Source of the DNA: Felis catus
Lineage: Eukaryota
Direction of reading: 5' to 3'
Length of the DNA: 64,000 nucleotides
NCBI RefSeq assembly: GCF_018350175.1
Contig: NC_058372.1
Span: 32,054,001-32,118,000 of the forward strand
Below the pieces are notes generated by a model. The model made no database searches, had not been told where the DNA came from, and was given only the letters and a program-made list of their open reading frames with translations. Within the stretch, counting starts at the first letter, position 1. The number at the start of each line of letters is the position of its first letter. This document shows positions 1 to 15,600 of this stretch, piece after piece. Both the position numbers and the translations under genes were made by a program.

Positions 1-261
1 CCGTTTTTATGCGTGCATTCACCTCCACAACCTGCCTCATGACATGTCACGCCCCTCAGACAGTCTCTCCCTCTATATGCCCCAAAGTCAACAGTCTTAA
101 CCCTCCTCACATCACAGAACGCTCGGGTGACCTGAGAAGGCCACTCCCAGTTCTAAGGAAATTGATACAGGGACCTACAGCATGGGTGGCTTTGCCCAGT
201 CTGGCCTCCCCCACCCAAGGCTCAGCGTCCCCTCGTGACAGACTCTTGTTCCTTCTCCTAC

Positions 262-3200
262 CCTCTGTTCTCCCCGCTGTGCAGTGTGGGGCACCAGGAT
301 GGGGGCCTCCAGTTCAGTGGGGGAGATGACAGAGCCACGAGTCCCCAGGGTGAAGATGGTGTTCCTGCTGCGGAGGGAAGGCTTCGAGAAGAATCGTGAA
401 GGGTCAGGGAAAATAATAAGATCACAACTGTGACAGACTCAGAGACCCAGTGCCTTCAGGGACTGGAGGCAGCTAGACACAGCCTAGATGTCCTTCCTTC
501 CCAGTACCAGGACCTCACTCTACCTGATACTTGTGAATAGGCTTCAGAGAGCTTCTATCCTCCCTGATACCATATGCAAAACCATGTGTCAAAATGATGT
601 GTGCCTTTTTCTGGGGAGGAAGGCCACAGCCTTCATCACATTCTCAAAGGTTTTGGTTACAAAGAAAAAGGCAAGAAGCAATGCCTTTGAGGCTGAGCTG
701 GAAGTACCCTCCCTGTCAAGGGCTAGTATGTGGGTTTCTCAGGTCTAGGATATCTTTCTTTGCTGTGTCTTCCACGCCCATTAGATCATCCTTCTCAGCC
801 ACTTCCTCGTACTAGAAAAAAGAGAAAAGAGAACTGATAACCATCTCTTCCTATAGTGATAAAAAATTTTTGTCTACTGTCCAGCCTTGCCCAGAGGTGG
901 TCCCTCTTCCCAGCCCACGTTCCTAGGAATGCCTCTCTCCCTGGCCTCACCTGCACTTTCATGAGCCGCCCCAGGTAAGAGCGATAATAAGACAGGTAGA
1001 TCTTGCTCAGTGTTTCCACATATTCATCCCTGATCTCCTTTGCTGTTGCTCGTTCATTGCCCAGTAGAAACTGATAGAAGAACCTGGAGGGGCCAGGGAT
1101 GAGTCAGTATCCCTGCCTCCCCAAGAAAGCAGACACTACAATGGGCTGCTCAATACTTCAGAGGCCATCCTGAGCCCTTCCTTCAGGTGGTGACCTGTAT
1201 TTCAGCAGTGCCGTCTGGGGGATCTGATAGTTGGTCATTGGTTTTCTGAAGGAATAAATCTTCTGCAGGATGAATTCTCGGATCTTCGTCACTGCCTAGA
1301 CACGGGGAACCAAACACAGGGCATGAAGCTGCAACCTTATTACTGTTCAGGAAGTGGTGGGGGAAGTACCAAATGTTAAATACTGGAGGATGAAGGGTAG
1401 AGAATACCTCTTCAGTATTTCTTTAAATTTTCAGGGGAAGCCAGAGACGTGAGGATGAGGTCTGCCAGGTAAAGGTAGGGTGAAGTTTTGGGGAAAAGCT
1501 ACAATGAGCGCTGCCAGGGAAATCTAAGTTGAAGGTGTCAGGAAGAGTATTATCATCTCTGGGCTATCATCCCCATCTCTCACCTTGACCCGGAGCCGGT
1601 CGAGTATGCCTCTGACATCTGCACAGGCCGCTGTGCCTCTAGCCTCCTGCTCTCGGACTGCAGCTGCCTTGGCATCCAGTTCCTGTAGCTGTTCCAGGAA
1701 CCTGGGCTCTGTCACTGGGGCCTCCAGAATTGCCCTGGGTAGCAGGGATGGGTGGAAGGGGTTAGGAGGGAGACCCAGACATTCCTAGATCCCAAACCGT
1801 ATCCCTTATATCCACCGTCTCCTCTCCCTTCTCACACTGTATCACGTAGTCAGGATACATGCACAAAGTTCCTGGAACCTCTCCCCCTGCTCCCATGCCC
1901 ATAAGCCTTGAAACTGCTCACTACATGCCTGACCCTGGATGATTCCTAATCTTGGATGCCTAACGCATGCATCAAGATTGAAAGGGCTGTCAACCCACCC
2001 AACAGTTTCTGGAAGGCACCTGATGACATGAAGCCAGGAGACCCACGTGATAAGTAAGGTAGGTCACCCCAGCCCATCTACCTGCTACAGACATTGTGAC
2101 TCTTCAAACTGGCAACTCACGTGATCAGAGCAGAGGGCACTATCAGACCATCGACAAGTTCCCCAAGTTTCCCCCGAACTGCCTGGCGGTTTCGAAGCCG
2201 AATGTTCATGGCTCCTGACTGTTCCTGCAGTGTCCGGATCTCAGAGCTGATAGAGCTGAGGTCACTCTGAAAAGCTCCCAACATCTGCTCCATGCGCTGG
2301 GGGGAGGACAGAGATGTTGCTGGAGCACCACAGGGTAGGTAGGGGACAAATGGGCCACCTAAGTTTATTGAAGTCTTCAGTATCAGTCCATGAGGGTAGC
2401 AGGTGATGAGGTAAAAAGCACCCCAAAGGTCACTGGCAAGCAACATTAGTTATGGCAGTAACAACAAGAAAGGCTGCTGAGGTCACCCTGAAAATGAATC
2501 TAACTATCCCCATCTGAGGCTGATGACCTAAAGAATGGCACCAGACACCGTGATCTGGTTCAGGGTTATTAGGGATCACAGGTCATGGTTACTAACCTCA
2601 AGAACAGCATCGCAGGCTGTAATCTGGTTGTGCAGAGATGCTATGTTCTCACTCTCTTGGATATCTGACCCACAAAAAGTCAAGGGGCCTCGCCATAAAG
2701 TTGGAGATTCTCAGACCTGCAGGACCTCTCCAGTTTCTCCCTGAGATGACAGAAACTTCAGAGACAAGATGTCAGCCCCCACCCCCACCCCAGGCTGCCT
2801 GCACCATACTCCACAAAATCCCTATTTTAATAACATCACCCATTTTCTCTACTGGAGGATACAATCCCGAATGGACTTCTGCTCAATCTGCTGTAGCTCC
2901 AGCTCAACCTGCTTTGAATAGTGTCGGAGATCCACGCCCTGGGAGAACAGAAACATGGCAGCTTAGGAGAAAGTCACAGTGAAGGGACACTGGGACAGAA
3001 TCAACACAGGACTAGAGAATAAGACACCAGGGTAACATTATAAGTCCAAGAGACTGTTTCCTTTTTTAATTATTTGAAGGGAGGGTAAGTGGAGGGGCNN
3101 NNNNNNNNNNNNNNNNNNNNNNNNNNNNNNNNNNNNNNNNNNNNNNNNNNNNNNNNNNNNNNNNNNNNNNNNNNNNNNNNNNNNNNNNNNNNNNNNNNNN

Positions 3201-4367
3201 NNNNNNNNNNNNNNNNNNNNNNNNNNNNNNNNNNNNNNCTGTCCACCAATCCCAGCCTTATTATTTCCAGCCCCCTTGCTTCTCAGATCCTCATAAGCAG
3301 TCTGCATCCACCTCTATCACTTACCATCCACTTCATCCAGGATGAATTCATCAGAGGAGATGTCCAACTCTCCAAGTTGCAATGGCTCCTGAAGACCAGG
3401 ACCACCCCCCTGGAGAGGGACAGGTTAATGGGAAAGGACACAGGAAGAACATAGGGAGAACAAATATAATGGGATAATCCGCAAACCTTCATGGCATGGT
3501 GGGAGAGGGGAGAGGAGGACGGGCCGGAGTTTACTAGGGAGCCATACGTACTGAGTCAAAAAATTCCAAGAGTTTCACATTGTACCCAATCTACTACTTG
3601 GGGCTTATAGGTAGGGAATACGACAAAGAAACAGGCAACCCACGGAGAGTAGAGGTGTCCCAATGGGAAAAATCAGGAGTTGCAGAGGACAGATCAAAAC
3701 TTACAGTTGAATGCAGGCTTTTCCAGACTCCTGCTATCTCAAGTGTTCTATCAACAATCCCTCTGGGGAGCACCAGCCTTTCTAGAAACGTCAGCTAACA
3801 CATAGCTTTTACCTGCGTGCCAGGTGCCACCCTTCATATACTCATTCATCTCACCATAATAACCAACAATCTATATGGTACGTCTTATTATTTCGTTCAC
3901 TTTACATGTGTATAAAGCACGACCGAGAGACTGGTTAACTTGCCCCAAGACACACAGCGTGTAAGTGGCAAAACTGGAACTGGAACCCAATCTGACTAGA
4001 GAAGCCATGTTCTTAACCTTTACACTACACTGCTTCTCCATCCTGCCCCCAAATCTGGAAATTAATTGAAATTGTGCCTCTGGGAAATTGACTCTTGGCC
4101 ACTCTGTTTCCGGCTCAGACTCAAGTCGGGTCCCAAGGAGGGGGTATGGAAAGCCAAACAGGTAGCATCATCGGTAGCAGTCGGGCTCCCACCCTTGTGC
4201 CTAAACCCAGCCCAGGCCTTTCTGACTCGAGGACGACCGGACAAGACTCCGTAAGAGAAAGAGCCCCGCGTTCTCACCAGCGGGCCCTCCTCCTCCTCCA
4301 TATCTGAGGCCCCAGCCCGCAACATCAGCTCTCGGGCAGCTGCCGCCATGGTCGCAGCGGCGGCCAT
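262..4367 (-). CDS. VPS52: Vacuolar protein sorting 52 (GARP/EARP subunit), exons 1-11; gene continues off the left edge
   Basis: Exons 4367-4278 (MAAAATMAAAARELMLRAGASDMEEEEGPL), 3409-3325, exon 3 inferred in N-gap 3099-3238, 2938-2863, 2664-2597, 2296-2121, 1734-1584, 1295-1195, 1083-951, 811-754, 395-262. Phases join into the VPS52 sequence (GVDLRHYSKQVELEL..., AVTKIREFILQKIYSFRKPMTNYQIPQ...). Introns 4 and 10 are U12-type. Confidence 0.97.
396..753 (-). other. U12-type AT-AC intron (VPS52 intron 10)
   Basis: Minus-strand donor G|ATATCCTAG; 3' end TTTCCCTGACCCTTCAC| with a U12-like branch site just upstream of AC. Splicing gives in-frame TAKK-G-FFSKP. Confidence 0.93.
2665..2862 (-). other. 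U12-type GT-AG intron (VPS52 intron 4)
   Basis: Donor T|GTATCCTCC; branch CCCCTTGAC about 15 nt before the CAG acceptor; no long polypyrimidine tract. Confidence 0.85.
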
Positions 4368-4374
4368 TCCGCGC

Positions 4375-4770
4375 AGCCTCACTTCCGGCAGCTGTCAGTC
4401 GCCGAGTCCGTCCCTGGAGTGGAACTACAAATTCTAGAAGGTCTTGAGGAGCGCGAAATCGTTCCCAGATATTTGAATTAAGTTGTTTGACTCCAACCTT
4501 CCCTCTTCAGCCCTAACCACTTCACCCAACTGAAAACGGGAATTGGAAGTCTTAAGCACTATTCCATCCCGGAACCTTTGCCGCTCTCACACCAAAGAAC
4601 TTTACGAATTGTAAAGGGAGGCAGCACCGGAAGTTGTAGCCATCAATAGCGACTCCCAGAAGTCGACTAGGCTCTGGCACAATTTCCTGAAGCGCTCCTG
4701 CAAGATAGCTCCGCCTCTTCCGTCTGGTAGCTATATAAGGGTACGACGTCACTTCCGTTCTCTCTTCCAC
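4375..4770. promoter_or_regulatory. Bidirectional VPS52/RPS18 promoter
   Basis: ETS sites (ACTTCCGG 4381-4388, CCGGAAGT 4627-4634), ZNF143-like AACTACAAATTCTAGAAG (4423-4440), TATATAA 4732-4738, ETS-CRE composite GACGTCACTTCCG 4745-4757, TCT/5'TOP initiator CTCTCTTCC 4760-4768. Confidence 0.9.
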
Positions 4771-4804
4771 AGGAGGCCTACACGCCGCCGCTGGGGCCGC
4801 CGCC

Positions 4805-9624
<4,820 letters not shown>

Positions 9625-10820
9625 TGAGTGGGGTGGGAGTCTCCTCTCCCTGCCTGCCCCTAGACTCCCAGAGGTTTCTCATGCCCCCCAAGTGTTTCCT
9701 TTATGTTGTGTATGACCTGTGACCTTTCTCTCNNNNNNNNNNNNNNNNNNNNNNNNNNNNNNNNNNNNNNNNNNNNNNNNNNNNNNNNNNNNNNNNNNNN
9801 NNNNNNNNNNNNNNNNNNNNNNNNNNNNNNNNNNNNNNNNNNNNNNNNNNNNNNNNNNNNNNNNNNNNNTTTGTATGTAGTTCTCTCCTTTATTCTGGGG
9901 ACACTGATCCGGAAAGCTACCACAGTGGGCCCTTTGGGTGTTTCTCCTCTCAGTTGATGGCCTCACTCAGCTACCCAAACCAGGTGCCCTGGGTCTAGGG
10001 TAAAGCAATGGCGTTGCTACTCCCCGTCCTACCAGAAGTGGCGCGCCCTCTTTGGTTCCCACCCTCTAAGGTGTGAGGTAGAGAAAACACTCGGCCTAGA
10101 GGGGGAGCCTAAGCCAATTTCAAGACAGCCAAGGCTCTCGGGTTAGCGCGTGGGGCGGTGTGGCAAGTGTGAGCACCACAGGTCTTGACCAAACCTAGGT
10201 TTCTTAAGGAAAAAAAGAAGTAGCGCGCGGGGACCCGGAGAGTTGTGAGCTTCCCCTACCGAGGCAACCCTATAAACCGCTGACCCGGAAGAGCTGGGCT
10301 CCGCAGCAGAGCGAGGGGGCGCTTGCGTACTTGGGGAGGGAGGCCGCGGCTGGTAGGCTGCCCCGCGCCCGCCTCTGCGTACGAGGCACACAGATCCCAA
10401 TCCCATTCGCGGTCGCACAGAAGCCCCGCCACCGGTATTTCGCTTGCCTCTACCCTTCCGGGAAGGCGGTGTGCACGCGCCACTACACTCTCCGAGGGAG
10501 GAGGGCGGGAACCAGCCGCCACCGCGGGTGGAGGAGGGGCGACTGGCGCTGTGGCGAAACCCCGCCATGGAGCCGAGCTTTGGGACGGCGGGGCCCCGAC
10601 AAGGTAACCTCCCCGCAGCTCCGGCTATGCTACCCCACACCCCCCGCGGCCGCGCCGCCTCCTGGGCTTAGGCGCCCCCACCCCGCTCCCGGCGCCGGTA
10701 CTGGCCGCGCGCTCCATCCCAGGCGTGGCCGGTTACGGACCCAGATCACGGAGATCTGGGGCTTCCGCACTCTAACCGCCCCCATCTTTCCCTCTAGGTC
10801 CCTTCTGATTACGCCACACC

Positions 10821-11972
10821 ATGCCCCTCAGCCTCTTCCGGCGCCTTCTCCTTGCTGCCCTGATGCTGGTGATTATTTGGACCCTTTTCGGGCCCTCAGG
10901 CATCGGGGAGGAGCTGCTGAGCCTCTCACTGGCCTCCCTGCTCCCGGCGCCGGCGTCCCCCGGGCCGCCCCTGGCCCTGCCCCGCCTCCTGATCCCCAAT
11001 GAGGAGGCATGTGGGGGTCCCGGCGCCCCACCCTTCCTGCTCATACTGGTGTGCACGGCCCCAGAGAACCTGAACCAAAGAGACGCCATTCGGGCTTCGT
11101 GGGGCGGGCTGCGCGAAGCCCGAGGGCTCAGGGTGCAGACACTCTTTCTGCTGGGAGAGCCAAGTTTGCGGCATCCCACCAGGGAATCCCACGAGATCGA
11201 CCTGGCACGAGAGGCAGCGACTCGGGGAGACATCTTGCAGGCGGCTTTCCGGGACTCTTACCGGAACCTTACTCTCAAGACTCTCATCGGGCTGAGTTGG
11301 GCATACAAACATTGCTCCATGGCCCGCTACATCCTCAAGACGGATGATGACGTGTTTGTCAACGTCCCTGAACTGGTATCGGAGCTGGTTCGGCGAGGGG
11401 GCCGTTGGGAACAATGGGAGAAAAGCATGAAGCCTCCAAGAGAGAATAAGTTTGAAGATGAAGAGTGGGAAGAAAGGTCCATCTTCAGGGGCCAGCCAAT
11501 GCCTCTTTTGTACCTGGGCCGCGTGCACTGGCGGGTGCACCCCTCTCGGACACCAGGGAGCAAACACCAGGTATCAGAGGAGCAGTGGCCTCCCACCTGG
11601 GGCCCCTTTCCACCCTATGCCTCTGGCACAGGGTATGTGCTGTCAGCTTCTGCCGTGCAGCTCATCCTGAAAGTGGCCAGCCGGGCACCCCCTCTACCAC
11701 TGGAAGATGTCTTTGTGGGGGTAAGTGCCCGACGAGGAGGCCTTACCCCAACCCATTGTGTCAAGCTGGCTGGGGCCACCCACTACCCCCTGGACCGGTG
11801 CTGCTATGGGAAATTCCTGCTGACATCCCACAGGTTGGACCCCTGGAAGATGCAGGAGGCCTGGAAGCTAGTGGGAGGCTCTGAGGGAGAAAAGACTGCA
11901 CCCTTCTGCTCCTGGCTCCAGGGAGTCTTGGGCATCCTGCGGTGTCGGGTAATAGCCTGGCTTCACAGCTGA
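10821..11972 (+). CDS. B3GALT4: Beta-1,3-galactosyltransferase 4 (GM1/GD1b/GA1 synthase), single coding exon, 383 aa
   Basis: Type II signal anchor; GT31 motifs FRDSYRNLTLKT, KTDDDVFVN, PPYASGTGYVLS, EDVFVG; AATAAA 12228-12233. Confidence 0.98.
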   Translation: MPLSLFRRLLLAALMLVIIWTLFGPSGIGEELLSLSLASLLPAPASPGPPLALPRLLIPNEEACGGPGAPPFLLILVCTAPENLNQRDAIRASWGGLREARGLRVQTLFLLGEPSLRHPTRESHEIDLAREAATRGDILQAAFRDSYRNLTLKTLIGLSWAYKHCSMARYILKTDDDVFVNVPELVSELVRRGGRWEQWEKSMKPPRENKFEDEEWEERSIFRGQPMPLLYLGRVHWRVHPSRTPGSKHQVSEEQWPPTWGPFPPYASGTGYVLSASAVQLILKVASRAPPLPLEDVFVGVSARRGGLTPTHCVKLAGATHYPLDRCCYGKFLLTSHRLDPWKMQEAWKLVGGSEGEKTAPFCSWLQGVLGILRCRVIAWLHS

Positions 11973-12681
11973 CAGTGTCTGGGGCCACAGCAGAGTGAGG
12001 AGCTCAGGGTCTAGCCAGCACCCCTCACAGCCGTCTCTCGCCCAGGCCCACGGCAGGGGCCCTAGCTGGCTACAGATGGCCACTTTCCGCTATCAGATGC
12101 TCAGTCTATCACTGAAGATAGAGAAATCGAGGGGCCTGGCCTGCCAGCCCCAAAGATGGTCACCAGGAAGAGCAAAACAATGCTGGGGTTGTTCTCTCCA
12201 GCCATAGGAGAGGGGCACAAGCTCCTCAATAAACTTGTCTCTCTACCGCTTCGAGTACAGCGTGGTCGTCACCAGGAGTCCAAGAACACATACCCGGGGA
12301 GCCTGGAGGCTGCCAGACCATGCTGGATGGGAAGGACCTCTCCAGGGACATGGGAAAGAGAGGAGGAAGGGCCCTAAAGAACAAGGCTAAGGCTATAGTG
12401 ACGAGATATGAGGTGGGGGTAGAAGCAGGACACCGTGACCCCTCAGATCCTAGAGTAGTCCCACGCTGGGCACAGGGAGGGGAACAGGTCCTGAGAATGA
12501 TCTAGACACATTATCCAAAAAAACCCCACCTTCTTTAATCCCAACCCAGCCCAGGAGCCAGCTGTCTCTACCCAGCTGGGGAAGAGGCATACTGCCCCCT
12601 CCTTATTCCAAGGAATAGGGTCATTTCCCCATGGGCAGTCGTGGGGGAAAGTGTTGCTCTCAGTCCATCCTTGGGCACGGC

Positions 12682-15600
12682 TCAGCGCAGAAATCTGTCC
12701 AGGGCAGATGGTCGGGCCCTCGTGGGCTTGGCCTTCTTCTCTTGCTTCTGCGGCTGCTGCTCAAGGCTCTGTCGGACTTTATCCTGGGTGGTGAGAAGGC
12801 GGCAAGGTGAGAAGTGGCAGGCTGGCAAGGGCAGAGGCCCACGGGACGCCTGGTCCACCCCCCCAGTGATCATTTACCCGGTGCTCCTCATCCATGACCT
12901 TCCTCTTCCTCTTCACCAGGCTTGCTGTAGAACTGCGGCCCTTCTGCTTTGGCTTTGGCTGGAAAGGAGCCTTGGCCTCGGGGTCGTAGCCCTAAGAGAG
13001 GAGACAAGGGTAAAATCCATAAGAGCCTCAGAGACCAGGAACCGTGGCAGTACCATGTGCTGTGCCATACTTCTGGGGACATGGCACGGGGGAGGCTGTG
13101 AAGGGGGGAAGGGCCTGGGCACTTGGGCCTGATTCATACCAGCCTCTCTATCCGCTCCTTCTTTTCTTGCTCCAAAGAGATGACATCAACCTCTGCCAGG
13201 GCTCGTGGGTCCAGACAAATGAGCTCTGCAGGTACCTGGAGGTGTCACGGAGGGACAGGAATGGGTAAGGAACCACAGGAGCCACAGGAGGATGATCCAA
13301 AGAGGGACAGAAGCCAGGGGGCTGCTGAATCCCACTCTTCCCAAGACCCCTGGGGCCATGGGGAGCTTTTCCTACCCCCAGCCCAAACCACATGCAGGTA
13401 CATGCTCACCTTCTCCAGCAGGGCCTTCACCTCCCACTCCTGGCGCTGCTTTTGGCTCCTGTAAGGATTACTCTCCAGGCCGTCAAAGTTGGGCTCAGCA
13501 GCCCCTAGAAAGAGGGAGAAGCATGGAGCTATAAACAGAACCAAGTCCAGCCGCTCCAGCCCAAGCCCTTTTGCTCCTGGCTATCACAAGCCAACCCACA
13601 CTTCCATCCAGAGTTCATTCACTGGACCCCATCCTCTGGCCCACTCACCAGGTACCAGCATGCTGGTGATGCCCCCAGTGTGCCCCACCCCCAGCACATC
13701 TTCAAAGGGGCAGAAGTGAAGGCCATGCACGTGGCCTGAGAGCCGGTGGGTGAGGTAAGGCTGCTCCAGGGAGGGCAGGCTGGCCTTGCCCTGCCCCGCC
13801 CATATGTTGACCACGTCACCCATGCCTGCAGCCAGCAGTCCCCGCTGGGAAAAGACCAGGTGCCCTGCTCCCTGGGGCAGGGTCCGAGCACTCAGAGGCT
13901 GGAATGTCCCTCGTAAATCAAAGATCTTCAGCTGGTGGTCCAGGCCAGAGGTGGCCATGTACCTGGTAGAGATGGGGAGGTCAATTAATCTGCAGTGTGG
14001 GCTTACTGTGCAGGTCTATAGCCAAGTGCAAGCATAAAGTCTCGGTGGGGAGAAACAATTTTTATTTCCCTTTTCCAGATGAGGAAACTGAAGCTCAGAG
14101 GAAGATAATCAAGTAAGAGTGAATGGTAGGTACAGCTAGAATTCAAGTCCAGCCTGTCTCTTTAGTGTCTCTTCTCCTGCTTTTTTTGTTTTAATATTTT
14201 AACGTTTATTCATTTTTGAGAGACAGAATGTGAGGGGGGAGGGGCAGAGAGAGGGAGATACAGAGCTCTGTCAGCACAGAGCCCAATGCGGGGCTCAACC
14301 TCACAGACCATCATGACCTGAGCTAAAGTCAGACACTTAACTGAGCCACCCAAGCGCCCCATTAGTGTCTGCTGTCTTAATCAAAGGGACAGTGCACACA
14401 CCCATCTGTACCTAAATGAGATGTTCCACTGTACCCACAGGGAGTACAGTGGCTCAGCAAAGAGAAGGATCAACAGCAGTGATCAGGGAGGACCTCTAGG
14501 AGCTGTTCTAGGTCATTCTCAAGAAACATAGCAAGTACAAATGAATTAATATCAGAGTATGGAGATGGTGAAATGGAAGCAGAGGTCTGTTTTTGGGATC
14601 AGTGGGAAATGTCAGGAGGATCACAAGGGGACAAACAGCAGGGGCTCTTTAAACTCAGACTGAGGACCCAGAGTCCCCAGCACTGCTCTCCAGCAATGAC
14701 AGACCACAACTGAAAGATTGTGAGGACCTGAGAAAACCTTAGGAAGTAATGAAGTAATAAGCTAGGAGGCCCTGCCCCACCCCCCTTTTCCTGGAAAAAG
14801 GGAGGGCAATCCTCTCAAGGAATCGTGCACTGTAGTTTGTTTTCCAAGGTTGGAGTTTCTATGTTCATGATGTTCCTCAGAGAGGGAGGCTAAAGGGCGA
14901 CCAGCCAGGCCAGGGTATGTAAGTTTGCTAAGGGGCCACAGACTCTCTTTTTAGCCTTGGCTGTGAGCCAAAGAAGAGGGTACCAAAGGACTCCTATGAA
15001 AGGGACTAGCCTAGTGATGGGGCTGAATAGAGGCCCAGCTGGACACTTCTCCTCACAAGACAATCGGCCCCAGCTGCATCAGATGGAAAGACCATCAATG
15101 CAAACCAGGAATTACGGAGGGCTCCTGGGACACAGGTCATACCCTTCAGTCAACCCACAATTCAAGGGAACATACTGGCTTCTCTCCCCACACATACCTG
15201 CCTTTGGGATCCCTTGCACAAATACCAGCCCACTGACCAGAGGGCATCCAGGCTACACTACCATGCTACTAACCCTGCAGAAAACAGTCTAGTTCTAAGA
15301 GTCCCATCCAGTCCTAATGCCAGCTTCCAGAATGCCTCGAGGAAGCCAGTAAGCCTCATCTTGAGCCCCTGTGGCTTATCTGAGGTGCTCTTGAGAAGGA
15401 CCAGAGATTAAGCAGAGTTGGGCCAAGATCAAGGACCAGAGCTGTACTCAAGGTGTTGACCAAATCTCAGGAAACTACGTGATTAGGCCTCGGGCACAGC
15501 AGCAGCTGACCAAAGCAGTCTAGGGAAGGCAAACGACAACATAGGTTCAATGGCCCACAGAAAGCATTCTCCTAAAGCCAAACTGGCACAAATACAGAGT

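Noticed and set aside
10143-11567. Long overlapping or antisense ORFs around B3GALT4 (223, 213, 165 aa)
   Set aside because: Expected stop-codon depletion in a CpG island and antisense to a CDS; low complexity, no domain.
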